Assembly: GCA_965116885.1 (NCBI GenBank)
Contig: OZ220741.1
Span: forward strand, 384,001-448,000
Direction of reading: 5' to 3'
DNA: 64,000 nucleotides
DNA from: Candidatus Latescibacterota bacterium
GTDB lineage: Bacteria; Latescibacterota; UBA2968
The translations under genes and the position numbers were made by a program. Of the stretch, positions 19,740-29,487 are shown piece by piece (within the stretch, counting starts at the first letter, position 1; each line of letters starts with the position of its first letter). The notes beneath the pieces are model-generated. The model was not told where the DNA came from. It ran no database searches and saw only the letters and a program-made list of their open reading frames with translations.

Positions 19740-20003
19740 TTACTTAATTATCAGCCCAGCGACAGCACAGACCGCAATAACGGCAGCAATGACGAAGGAC
19801 AATTGCCATTTTTGTGTATTGCCCAGATCCCGTCGAAGGTCGGCAAAGCCCGCGTCCATCCTGTCAAACAAGCGATTGATCGAGTCGGTTAATTCTCGTT
19901 TGGTATTATCAGACTCGGTTTGCATCCTGTCAACTCGCTTATCGAACTGGTCAAATTGTCCCTTGAGTTCAGCCTGTTCCTTTTCAACTGCTTCAATCGC
20001 CAT
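19740..20003 (-). CDS. small coiled-coil protein with C-terminal membrane anchor (paralog 1)
   Basis: First 24 aa identical to the neighbour; GAGG RBS before ATG 20003. Confidence 0.8.
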   Translation of the reverse strand: MAIEAVEKEQAELKGQFDQFDKRVDRMQTESDNTKRELTDSINRLFDRMDAGFADLRRDLGNTQKWQLSFVIAAVIAVCAVAGLIIK

Positions 20004-20136
20004 TTTTGCCCTCTTCATCGAGTTTAAATTTAAGCACTTATAAGGCGTGACCTCTTCGACTATCTGATCGCCTCTTCGCAAAAACTACCCGATAAAGGTT
20101 ACATTGTCCAGCGATATTTTGTTTACTGCACTCGCT

Positions 20137-20162
20137 CTTCACACTTCCTACTTCACACTTCC
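20137..20162. repeat. heptamer short tandem repeat
   Basis: cttcaca-cttccta-cttcaca-cttcc directly after the SDR stop codon. Confidence 0.6.
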
Positions 20163-20951
20163 CTACGGCATTCCTCTCCGCCCACCCCCATCCATATAAA
20201 TCGAACTCCCAAACACATAGGAACACGCCTCAGACGCCAAAAAAGTAACGACACTGGCGATTTCTTCAGGCTCGGCCATGCGACCGGCGGGCAACTCCGC
20301 GCCCAGATCTTTGAGCACCGCCTCGACATCTCGCCCCTCGCGGTCTGCCCGCGCCTTCTGCTGCGAACGCGCGCGGGGCGTATTGGTCAACCCCGGACAA
20401 ACCGCATTCACCAGAACACCATCGCCAGACACCGCATCGGACAGCGCGCGCGTCATATTCAAAATAATCGCATTTGCCGATCCCGTCGGAATATTGCCCC
20501 GCGTGGGACTCGTACCCGCACCACCCGCGACATTGACAATGCGCCCCCATCCACTTTCCCGCATCAGCGGAATCACCAGTTGCGCCATCCGCAAATAGCT
20601 ATAACTCTTCAACGCCAACGCCTCGCTAATCTGCGCCACATCCAAATCTAAAATATCGGCATTGCGCGCCGCCCCCACATTATTGACCAGCACATCCACC
20701 CCTCCAAACGCGCCTATAGCCTCATTGACCACCACCTCACAATTCTCCTCCCGCGTCAAATCGACCGCAACTGCATGCCCTTCCCCGCCCGCTGCATCGA
20801 TCTCGGCAACCACCGCATCCAACGTCTCCCGCGTGCGTGCCGCAATACACACACGCGCCCCCTCCTGCGCCAACGCCAGAGCACAACAACGCCCAATCCC
20901 CTGACTGCCACCCGTAACAATCGCCCGTTTTCCTCTCAATCCCAGATCCAT
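20163..20951 (-). CDS. SDR family oxidoreductase
   Basis: TGGSQGIG, VLVNNVG, VNAVCPG, YMDGG. Confidence 0.92.
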   Translation of the reverse strand: MDLGLRGKRAIVTGGSQGIGRCCALALAQEGARVCIAARTRETLDAVVAEIDAAGGEGHAVAVDLTREENCEVVVNEAIGAFGGVDVLVNNVGAARNADILDLDVAQISEALALKSYSYLRMAQLVIPLMRESGWGRIVNVAGGAGTSPTRGNIPTGSANAIILNMTRALSDAVSGDGVLVNAVCPGLTNTPRARSQQKARADREGRDVEAVLKDLGAELPAGRMAEPEEIASVVTFLASEACSYVFGSSIYMDGGGRRGMP

Positions 20952-20963
20952 CTCACACTCCGT

Positions 20964-21740
20964 TTACTCAATCTCCGCTCTGATCCCATCCCACTCCCGC
21001 CAGATATCCGTAAACACATCCATGCCATTCTCCCCGATATCGACATGCCTCGCCCTGAAAATCACGGCATATCGAATATCTGGACACGCATTAATCGCCG
21101 CCGTGTGAATAATCTGATGATGCGCCAGAATGAGATCGCCAGGCTCGCCGGTCAACTGCACCGCACCTTCCGGCACCGTCACATCGGGCATATAATTCAA
21201 CAAAATCTCATGCCCTCTTTCCCGAAACACATCCTCCATCACATGATGTGACTTTGGCCAAACCGTAAAATTGCCGCAATACGACGCGGGCACATCGTCC
21301 AGATACACCACAGCAAAAGCCGTAAAATCCCGGCTGTACCCACTCTCTTCAACCGTCCCCCTCAAAAAATCACGCGCCTTTGCAATCCCATCCAGATGTC
21401 CACCCGTTCGCAATGGCGGACCCGCAGTCGCGAGTTGGGGATCTCTTTGCGGCGTCCCAACCGGCGCGGGAAAATTCAGCTTCACAGCACCGTGGCCCTG
21501 GCGCTGCAAATTCCCTTCACCCAATGCCGATTCGAGCAATGGAAACACCGGCGTCTCGTTAAACAGATCCGTAATCACCGGCATCGCGCGAATATCCCCA
21601 AAAGAACGCCTGTCGCCCTTCCCAATCTCCGCATTAATCGCCTGTCGCGCCGCCTCCACCATCACGCCCGGCACAGCACCCTCAATTTTCAAAAACCCTT
21701 CTCTGTAAAATTCCAACTTCTGCAATTTTGTCAATTCCAT
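20964..21740 (-). CDS. PhyH-like Fe(II)/2OG dioxygenase
   Basis: FYREGFL, GHLDG, GNFTVWPKSH, GEPGD...IIHTA. Confidence 0.8.
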   Translation of the reverse strand: MELTKLQKLEFYREGFLKIEGAVPGVMVEAARQAINAEIGKGDRRSFGDIRAMPVITDLFNETPVFPLLESALGEGNLQRQGHGAVKLNFPAPVGTPQRDPQLATAGPPLRTGGHLDGIAKARDFLRGTVEESGYSRDFTAFAVVYLDDVPASYCGNFTVWPKSHHVMEDVFRERGHEILLNYMPDVTVPEGAVQLTGEPGDLILAHHQIIHTAAINACPDIRYAVIFRARHVDIGENGMDVFTDIWREWDGIRAEIE

Positions 21741-21750
21741 CACACGCTCC

Positions 21751-22512
21751 TCACGGTGACCACAGACCCCAATCTTCCGTCTTCTTCCAGCGGGTCTGAC
21801 ATCCCTGGCAAGAGCAAAAATACCGCATCATCCAGCGCGGACGCCCACCCACATTTGCCGTGCCATTGTGTCCAAATAAATACGTAAAAAACAACACATC
21901 CCCGCGTTTTGGTGTCAACTCAATCGGATCGCCTAAATCCAGCCTGGGAATATCCCGATTCAGGTGAAACAGGTATTTGTACTTTTCTCGATCCGACTCT
22001 GCAAGCGCGAGAATTTTGCGATGCGATCCCGGAAAAACCGCCGTCCCACCCCCTTTGTGTTTCACATCGCTCAAAAATACCAGACTCGCAATGCGATAAG
22101 GACCGGGAAACGTCTCGTGCATGTGTTCTTTGGGAATGCCATCAACATGCGCCCTGGGCAAAGACCATTCCCCATTGATGGGAACTTTATTCTGCGAGTG
22201 AACCGCTTCAGGTGGATGCACCTCCTCTTCGCCGACCAACTCAGCCGTCGCCTTCAAATAGTGCGGCGTTACACACGCCATCAAATCCCGGTCGCGAAGA
22301 CCGTTAAACACAGACAATCCCCGCGCAGCCTGAAAACCAGCAACACCTTCGGGTTTTCGATGCCATGTCTCTGGATCACCTGGCGCCATACCCATAATCC
22401 GCCACATCGCATCTTCTGCTCGTTCTGCCACATCCTCTGGAATCAAACCCGACGCCAGAAGATACCCATCTCTTTCGTATTCCGCGCGTTGCGCCTCCGT
22501 CAAAACACCCAT
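21751..22512 (-). CDS. PhyH family dioxygenase
   Basis: YERDGYL, AHVDG, GGTAVFPGSH, RGDVLFF...GHNG. Confidence 0.85.
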   Translation of the reverse strand: MGVLTEAQRAEYERDGYLLASGLIPEDVAERAEDAMWRIMGMAPGDPETWHRKPEGVAGFQAARGLSVFNGLRDRDLMACVTPHYLKATAELVGEEEVHPPEAVHSQNKVPINGEWSLPRAHVDGIPKEHMHETFPGPYRIASLVFLSDVKHKGGGTAVFPGSHRKILALAESDREKYKYLFHLNRDIPRLDLGDPIELTPKRGDVLFFTYLFGHNGTANVGGRPRWMMRYFCSCQGCQTRWKKTEDWGLWSP

Positions 22513-22532
22513 GGGATTCCTCCATCAGTTCT

Positions 22533-23393
22533 TCAATTCCACGACGTCAAACCCAACAACTTCTCCCCCAATTCCGTCAACTTCGCCGGCTTCTGCGTTT
22601 TGTGTTCCCAATCCCTCGGATCACCCGGCCAGCGGGGCGTGGGCCTGCACGCTCGCCATGCCTGAATGCGCTCATCCCGCTCTGCCTCTCCGCGACCCTC
22701 TGCAGGCGACATCGTAATATACTGCGCCAAACGGGGCCTATCCGATTGATTGTGCCCATTACCGTGTGCCAGCAACCGATGCCAGATCAAAAGATCGCCC
22801 GCCTTGCCCGGAATCGACTTCACCTCCAGATCATCCAGATTGGGCCGCCGGGGATCGCGATCCTCTGGCTGCGTCTTGACCCACTCCTCAAAAATATTAT
22901 TAAACCCAGGCACACACTGAAACCCACCCTGATCCTCCGAAGTATCCGTCAAATACAACACCCCCTGCACCCCAAAAGGCACTTTGGGCACAGACGTATC
23001 CGTATCCCAGTGAATCATACCCTCATTTTGCCAATCGGGCTTATCCGCCCGCGAAGGCGGCTTCATATTCGCGCGATCCAGCGACACCCACAACTTCTCC
23101 GTACCCCAAATCTCCGAAAACGCCTGATGCAAGCGTGGATACTGCCGGTTATCCCACAACGCCTGATGCTGATAAATCTCCACCATCCCCGACGCCGCAA
23201 TCATCGAACACGGATTCCCGCGCGTATAGGGTTTGTACTTATACCAATCCTCTGGATTATCGCGATCCATCTCCAAAAATGTCCAGACCGCATCCACCAT
23301 CGCATCCAAATTTTCCTGCGGCACCGCATTGTGTACCACTACATACCCATTCTCCCGCCAAAAATCCCAATCCTTCTCGCTCAAAACTGGCAT
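22533..23393 (-). CDS. PhyH family dioxygenase
   Basis: WRENGYVV, IHWDT, GGFQCVPG, AGDLLIWHRLLAHG. Confidence 0.88.
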   Translation of the reverse strand: MPVLSEKDWDFWRENGYVVVHNAVPQENLDAMVDAVWTFLEMDRDNPEDWYKYKPYTRGNPCSMIAASGMVEIYQHQALWDNRQYPRLHQAFSEIWGTEKLWVSLDRANMKPPSRADKPDWQNEGMIHWDTDTSVPKVPFGVQGVLYLTDTSEDQGGFQCVPGFNNIFEEWVKTQPEDRDPRRPNLDDLEVKSIPGKAGDLLIWHRLLAHGNGHNQSDRPRLAQYITMSPAEGRGEAERDERIQAWRACRPTPRWPGDPRDWEHKTQKPAKLTELGEKLLGLTSWN

Positions 23394-23409
23394 CTTCGTT
23401 CTCCTTCCT

Positions 23410-24311
23410 TTATGGCTCAACCTTCACTTCTACCCCCGCAGTCTTCTCCGCCACCTTAATCGACGCTGTCTGATCTTCATCGCCCAACCCCATCCCCATC
23501 GCTATGGTCTGAATTTGATACGCCGCCGCGCCCATCAAATTTGTCGCACCCAGTGAAGCGGCCATCTGCGCAGCCAACCCGAGATCCTTGTGCGACAACT
23601 GCAACTTGAAATAGGGTTCAAAATTTCGCACCAGTGCGCGGCGCTTAAAACTCCCTTGCAAATGCGAAGAATTTGCAGCCGTATTCGACATCACATCCCA
23701 CAACACACCCACATCCAATCCCGCGGCAGCACCCATCGCAAAAGCCTCACCCAACAGCGTAGCAACCGAACACGACACCAGATTATTGACCAGCTTAGTC
23801 GTCACACCCATGCCCAACTCACCACAATAAAACTGCTCGTCGCCCAATGTATCCAGCACATCTTGTACAGACGCCACCACATCGGCATCGCCGCCAATCA
23901 TCAGCGTCAATCCCCCCGTGCCGCGTCTGCTGGCCCCTTACCCACGGGCACATCCAGCATGTGCCCGCCCTTTTCCGCTATAACCCTGCCAACCCTGCGC
24001 GTCGTATCCGGATCAATCGAACTCATATCGATATAAACCTGCCCCGCCGACAACCCGGAAACAATACCATCCGGTCCCAAAGCGACTTGCTCAACAGCCT
24101 GCGGCGTCGGCAGCGAAGAAATAACAACCTCCGACTGCTCGGCAACAGCCCGGGGCGTATTCACACCCGTTGCCCCCTTCTCCTGCAAAACCTGCACCGC
24201 TTCATCGCGCAAATCGTGAACCGCAACATCATAACCACTCGCAACCAGATGACTCGCCATCCCACCGCCCATCATCCCCAGCCCCACATATCCCAATTTT
24301 CGTTTCACCAT
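23410..24311 (-). pseudogene. 3-hydroxyisobutyrate/tartronate-semialdehyde reductase family oxidoreductase, split by a 1-nt frameshift (or sequencing error)
   Basis: N-half GYVGLGMMG...DVPV (23907-24311) and C-half LTLMIGG...KLVNN...KDL (23410-23910) lie in different frames at a G6 run. Confidence 0.8.
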
Positions 24312-24319
24312 CTCACCTC

Positions 24320-26023
24320 TCAAATGTTAAATGATATCTGCCATATACCCGCAGCCTGTCTTGCCATCCATTCCTGCCGAGAGTGAATCTTATCCACGGT
24401 CCACGTATCATATTCTTGCGACAACTTGTGGGTTATGGAGAACTCGCTCGCACCATAAACAGGGTGTTTTTCAGTGAATTTTACGTTTCCGATATCGCGA
24501 TTGTGGGCCGCTTCCAGAAGCGTCATATTACCCAAACGATAGGTAGATGCTTCCCGTTGCCGATCATCAAATGCTTCCCATCCATCATCGGGATTCTCCG
24601 GCAATACGTGCTCAATACTGTACTTCGCACTCTCAAAATCAAACCGTTTTCCGGATAGGTGCTCTTCCAAACGGAATAAGATAAAACGCGCTATCTTCTT
24701 GTTGCGACTGCTGGAAGTCCGCAGTGCTTTATTGGAAAAAGCCGTTCTGAACTCTCCATTCCCGGGATAAACCGGACGCAGTGCCGCAATCGCGGCAGCA
24801 ATACTATCAATGCGACCGTCTGAAATTCCGCAAGCGATCTGGTTATACACCACTTCCTGCTCATTGCTTTGGCGACCACATATCACATTGTAGCGAAAGG
24901 ACACCACTGCGATAGCTCGCAAAAAGCGCCCAAATCCAGCCCTATCGTCTTCCGCAAAACGATCATACACCGTCATCAACACCGCCAGGGGTTGGCGCAC
25001 ACTGAACATCTGCAACTGCGCCAGGTTATCGCGTTCCTTCTCTGCCCATAAACTATCCTCTGGGCTACGCAACGCCGTATAAACCCGTGCGTACCTATCC
25101 ATATCGCGAATTAACGCAAACGCCTTTCCCCTGTCATTGATCGCGTCGCGGATGGTCTTGAACAAGTAGGTCCTGCGTACCAACCTGTTGCGACTATTCC
25201 AGAACACGCGCAAAAACTCTGGAAAACTTTCGCTGCCCAGCAACCCGACGATATCCTCCCAGCGATTTTCCAGTGTCTTGAGTTCAGATTCATGCATGCC
25301 GCCTCGAGATATGACCGAAAATAAGTAATTCTTCAGCAAATCCGTTGCAGACAAGCGCACACCGCGAGCATTCAACGTCTCGAAGACTTTGAAGGCGTTT
25401 AACTCATCCGTAACTGTGATAACCGTAAAGAATAGCTTATCCACTGCAACATCAACAAAGCGCGCCACCGCCTCGCCGTTATTATGTGAGTGCTCCCTGA
25501 CACGATCCTTAAAGAAAGTAAACGCCCGGCGCAGTAAATGCTCCGAGGCATTCAGACCTCGTTGCGGCAGGCGCTCTAAAGGAACGAGATAGTTCTGGTA
25601 AAATCCATTGTCGTGGCGATTCAAAGTCAGCTTGGAACGCGCCACCAGGCTCACCGGATCCAGATAGCCGATGTAGTTATGACGCAACTGCTGCGCACGC
25701 CGGTATTGAGGGTCGTTCGGATCGTCTGGCACCGCCAGATCCGTTAAATGAGACACCGCCGCCAGCATCAACAGACTAAGTGTCGTCATGCGTTGCTGCC
25801 CGTCAATAATGTCGAACTCCCTGTTGTCAGAGGATTGCAGCACCAAATAGCCCATATAATGCGCTGGCTCCGGATCCTCGCCAAACAGCCCGACAATGTC
25901 TTGCCACAGGTCATCCCATTCATCGCCCCCCCACGAGTAGTCGCGCTGAAACGTCGGCACGCGATAACTCAGCCCATTGCCCATGAGTTGGCGAAAGGTA
26001 TTGTTGGTGGTGTTAAAATTCAT
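24320..26023 (-). CDS. GmrSD-family (DUF262 + DUF1524 HNH) modification-dependent restriction endonuclease
   Basis: VPTFQRDYSW, IIDGQQRMTT, FETLNARG, SIEHVLP, RLGNMTLL. Confidence 0.88.
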   Translation of the reverse strand: MNFNTTNNTFRQLMGNGLSYRVPTFQRDYSWGGDEWDDLWQDIVGLFGEDPEPAHYMGYLVLQSSDNREFDIIDGQQRMTTLSLLMLAAVSHLTDLAVPDDPNDPQYRRAQQLRHNYIGYLDPVSLVARSKLTLNRHDNGFYQNYLVPLERLPQRGLNASEHLLRRAFTFFKDRVREHSHNNGEAVARFVDVAVDKLFFTVITVTDELNAFKVFETLNARGVRLSATDLLKNYLFSVISRGGMHESELKTLENRWEDIVGLLGSESFPEFLRVFWNSRNRLVRRTYLFKTIRDAINDRGKAFALIRDMDRYARVYTALRSPEDSLWAEKERDNLAQLQMFSVRQPLAVLMTVYDRFAEDDRAGFGRFLRAIAVVSFRYNVICGRQSNEQEVVYNQIACGISDGRIDSIAAAIAALRPVYPGNGEFRTAFSNKALRTSSSRNKKIARFILFRLEEHLSGKRFDFESAKYSIEHVLPENPDDGWEAFDDRQREASTYRLGNMTLLEAAHNRDIGNVKFTEKHPVYGASEFSITHKLSQEYDTWTVDKIHSRQEWMARQAAGIWQISFNI

Positions 26024-26133
26024 GTGTCGTCAACCAGAACAGTTGGTAGGAATGAATTGTTTTCACATATAGCCTATTTCGCTTGTTTTTGCAACGCACC
26101 CTTTCTTCGTGGAATCCTCATAAAACGGCCTCG

Positions 26134-26607
26134 TTAATCAGCATTTGGATCCGGATGGATCGGATCGACCCAATACACGGCTTCAGGCTCTTCAACAACT
26201 GGAATATCCAGATTCACAACCACAGGCTCCTGATCGCTGCGCACCAGCACGCACGCCAGAGGCTCTTCTTCACTGGCATTGATCTCCTGATGCGGCACAT
26301 AGGGCGGCACATAGATAAAATCACCCGGACCCGCCTCTGCCACATACTCTAACTGATCGCCCCATCGCATACGCGCCTTCCCGCTCACCACATAAATCAC
26401 ACTCTCCAGCGCCCCGTGATGGTGCGCCCCGGTCTTTGCATTCGGATGAATCTCAACCGTACCTGCCCACAACTTCTCGGCACCCGCACTCGCCCGATTA
26501 ATCGCCGCCGCCCGCGTCATCCCCGGCGTCTGCGGCGTATTAAAATCCAACTGGTCACCTGTCACCACCCGCACCCCATGATTTCGCCAATCTTTATTTT
26601 CTAACAT
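26134..26607 (-). CDS. cupin domain protein
   Basis: GAHHHGALESVIYVVSG and GPGDFIYVPPYVPHQEIN cupin motifs. Confidence 0.9.
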   Translation of the reverse strand: MLENKDWRNHGVRVVTGDQLDFNTPQTPGMTRAAAINRASAGAEKLWAGTVEIHPNAKTGAHHHGALESVIYVVSGKARMRWGDQLEYVAEAGPGDFIYVPPYVPHQEINASEEEPLACVLVRSDQEPVVVNLDIPVVEEPEAVYWVDPIHPDPNAD

Positions 26608-26630
26608 AACACCTCCATCGCATTATCCAC

Positions 26631-26834
26631 TCACGTTTGACGGAGTTCTAAATAGTGGCGATAATCGTTCGCCCACTCTACAAATACAATGTCATCTGAT
26701 AGCTGTCCCCGGCTATACTGGTCAAAGAACTCCTCCGAATCCATCTGCTGCCGACTCTCATACGTACTCAACCGCTTTGTCACTGCAACCAGCGCATCAA
26801 TGGGCGAAGTATATTGAATAATTTGTTTTCGCAT
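26631..26834 (-). CDS. tumA: TumA-like antitoxin, orphan, possibly C-terminally shortened
   Basis: MRKQ..YTSPIDAL...MDSEEFF...EWANDYRHY resembles the TumA family (recalled, not searched); AGGAG RBS; promoter TTGATT-N17-TATATT at 26890-26862. Confidence 0.6.
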   Translation of the reverse strand: MRKQIIQYTSPIDALVAVTKRLSTYESRQQMDSEEFFDQYSRGQLSDDIVFVEWANDYRHYLELRQT

Positions 26835-26896
26835 GGGAATCTCTCCTATGTCCAATACCACAATATAGACAGATAGTGGATGAGAATCAAAAGCCC

Positions 26897-28363
26897 TTAT
26901 CCAATCGCCTCGCGCTCGCGCCAGCGATACATCCGCAAAGCTGGATCACTGGTCTCCACCATCCACTGCTGCAACCGCGCCTTCAATCGCGCCAGATCAT
27001 CGGCATAATCGGGATCATCAATCACATTATTCATCTCATGGGGATCGTTCTTCAGATCGTACAACTCATCCTGCCCCGTCAAATTGCACCCGTATTTCAA
27101 ATCCCCCATACGCAGCATCTTCATCGACGTAGCCACATTGCCCAACCCCAAAAACTCCGTCACCACAGCATCGCGCCAACCCGTCGCCTCACCGCGAACA
27201 AGCGGCAACAGCGACGCACCGTGAATCGCATCCCCATCGTAATCTCCACCCGCCAGGTCCAAAATCGTGGGATACATATCCGCCAGCGAAGCAAACTCCG
27301 CAACGCGCGCTCCCGCATGCGAACCATCCGGCAGCCGGATAATCATCGGAACATGATGCGTCTCTTCAAAATGATGCCATCCCTTATCCAGCAACCCCCC
27401 GTGACTGCCCAACGTCTCGCCGTGATCCGCCGTAAAAATCAGCACCGTATTGTCCAATTCCCCGCTCGCCTTCAAATAATCGTACAGCCGACCAATCTGA
27501 CTGTCAATCATCGACACCCGCGCATAATAATAGCGCACCGCCATCGCCCAATCTTCCCACGTCAAATTTTCCTTATCCCAGTGAATCTTCAAATGATGCG
27601 GTCCGGGAATCTCCCGCGAGGGCCACTCGTAATTTCCCCACGGCGGAATCTCCACATCCCGATACCAGTCCAGAAACTCACCTGTCGCGTGATAAGGTCC
27701 ATGCGGACCCCAAAAATTCAAACTAATAAAATACGGCAAATCCCGTTCCCGAAACGACCTGCTCATCTCAATCACATTATCCACCAGATAAGCCGGCACC
27801 GTCGCCTCCGTTGGCACAGTCAACTCACCGACCCCGTTGCGGACCATCGTAGTCGCCTCAGCCCAGGGCTTCACGCCCGGCTCATAACCCTTTGCCTGTG
27901 CCCAGGCCCGATAATCCGAATAACTCGAACCAGCCCCGCCGTGCCCGGCAAAATCCTGCCCTTCATACCCGATACGCGAAGGCGAAGATGGCCTATTCGA
28001 CCCCTGAAATGTCTGTGCCTTCTCAGAACCGAGATGCCACTTTCCCGTATATCCCGTCCCATACCCCGCCGCTTGCAGACGCCGCGACAACAGTTCGGGG
28101 CGATCCTCCAGTTCGTGAACACTACACCCCACCTCGTGGATATTTGACGTAATGCCATGGGTATGCGGATACACACCCGTTTGCAGCGTCCCCCGCGCCG
28201 GACTACACACCGGATAAACCGTATAGGCATTCTCAAACAAGATGCCCTCTGCCGCGAGGCGATCAATATTCGGCGTGCGACAAGGCGTCTCGCCATAAGC
28301 ACTCACACCCGACAGCCGATGCTGGTCAGTCAAAATAAAAATGATATTAGGAGAATCTCTCAT
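26897..28363 (-). CDS. formylglycine-dependent sulfatase
   Basis: PNIIFILTDQ, CSPAR, GKWH, TADHGE. Confidence 0.93.
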   Translation of the reverse strand: MRDSPNIIFILTDQHRLSGVSAYGETPCRTPNIDRLAAEGILFENAYTVYPVCSPARGTLQTGVYPHTHGITSNIHEVGCSVHELEDRPELLSRRLQAAGYGTGYTGKWHLGSEKAQTFQGSNRPSSPSRIGYEGQDFAGHGGAGSSYSDYRAWAQAKGYEPGVKPWAEATTMVRNGVGELTVPTEATVPAYLVDNVIEMSRSFRERDLPYFISLNFWGPHGPYHATGEFLDWYRDVEIPPWGNYEWPSREIPGPHHLKIHWDKENLTWEDWAMAVRYYYARVSMIDSQIGRLYDYLKASGELDNTVLIFTADHGETLGSHGGLLDKGWHHFEETHHVPMIIRLPDGSHAGARVAEFASLADMYPTILDLAGGDYDGDAIHGASLLPLVRGEATGWRDAVVTEFLGLGNVATSMKMLRMGDLKYGCNLTGQDELYDLKNDPHEMNNVIDDPDYADDLARLKARLQQWMVETSDPALRMYRWREREAIG

Positions 28364-28410
28364 AAAATTGCTCCACTTGACCTATAATCATTGAATGGTT
28401 ATCGTTTAAT

Positions 28411-28683
28411 ATGAAAAATTGCTCAGAAATAGGAGGTCATAAGACCGTGAACATTTTTGAAACCAACTGGTATCGAGATATAAAGTCTAAAATCATCCCT
28501 GGTGACAACCTCAGAATCTATCGCCAAAATCACAATATGACTCAGGTCGAATTGGGCCGAAAATTGGGCAATATACCCCGTCAGCATATTTCCAATATGG
28601 AACGAGGTATCCGAACAATCAGTTTAAAAAACGCCCGCAAATTAGCCGTCATCTTCGGCGTATCTCCTGAGAAATTCATCTGA
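28411..28683 (+). CDS. XRE-family helix-turn-helix protein
   Basis: LRIYRQNHNMTQVELG...HISNMERG..TISLKNARKLA. Confidence 0.85.
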   Translation: MKNCSEIGGHKTVNIFETNWYRDIKSKIIPGDNLRIYRQNHNMTQVELGRKLGNIPRQHISNMERGIRTISLKNARKLAVIFGVSPEKFI

Positions 28684-28703
28684 ACTTTGACCCAATACAC
28701 CCA

Positions 28704-29465
28704 TTACATCCCCTCCCAATACTCCCACATATCATCTGGCGTCTCAAACTGCAACTCATTCCAATTCTTCCACTTAAACCTCGTAAACAGCCCCATGCGG
28801 ATATTGCGACTGCAATTCTTACTCGCGCTGTGAACCATCAAACCGTGCCAGAAAATCACCGTACCTGCGGGACCCGTAATCTCCATGGGATCGGGCAAAT
28901 CAATAATCGTCCCCATGTGAATCTGACTGGGCGGCGCATTGGGATCTAAAAACTGGCGATTCACACTCAGCAAAGAATGCGACCTGAAATAATCCGCCAT
29001 CTTTACATGCGTGCCCGGCCACACACAAAACCCGCCCGAGCGGGACTTGATATCATTGAGATACACGGTAGCGGCAATCGTAAAACCAGCCACTGTCAAA
29101 TCCGTTTGCCCGTAGCCATCCACATGCCCACCCGAAGGCTCTGACCATTGATCCTTACCCGTGGGATAGCGAAACAACGGTGCTGGCTCAGCCCACTCGG
29201 TCAACCGCCCCTTCCCCGTCATCTCCTCGACCATATCAAACACGCCGTAATCATACACAATAGACCGGTGCAACGTCGGGTCACTACTCTCGGGCTTCTT
29301 CGGCTCGGCATTCACCCACGTCTGAGGATCGCTACGATCTGCCCAAACACCGTGCCAGAGACCATCCACAGCGCGTTCCATCAAATCTTCGGGCAAAACA
29401 TCCCGCTTAACCAGATACCCATTATCTTTAAAAAACTGCTTCTCATCATGAGTAAGCAATCCCAT
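28704..29465 (-). CDS. PhyH family dioxygenase
   Basis: FKDNGYL, GHVDG, GGFCVWPGTH, AGTVIFWHGLMVHS. Confidence 0.85.
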   Translation of the reverse strand: MGLLTHDEKQFFKDNGYLVKRDVLPEDLMERAVDGLWHGVWADRSDPQTWVNAEPKKPESSDPTLHRSIVYDYGVFDMVEEMTGKGRLTEWAEPAPLFRYPTGKDQWSEPSGGHVDGYGQTDLTVAGFTIAATVYLNDIKSRSGGFCVWPGTHVKMADYFRSHSLLSVNRQFLDPNAPPSQIHMGTIIDLPDPMEITGPAGTVIFWHGLMVHSASKNCSRNIRMGLFTRFKWKNWNELQFETPDDMWEYWEGM

Positions 29466-29487
29466 GATACACTCCTTCTGTTCACCA

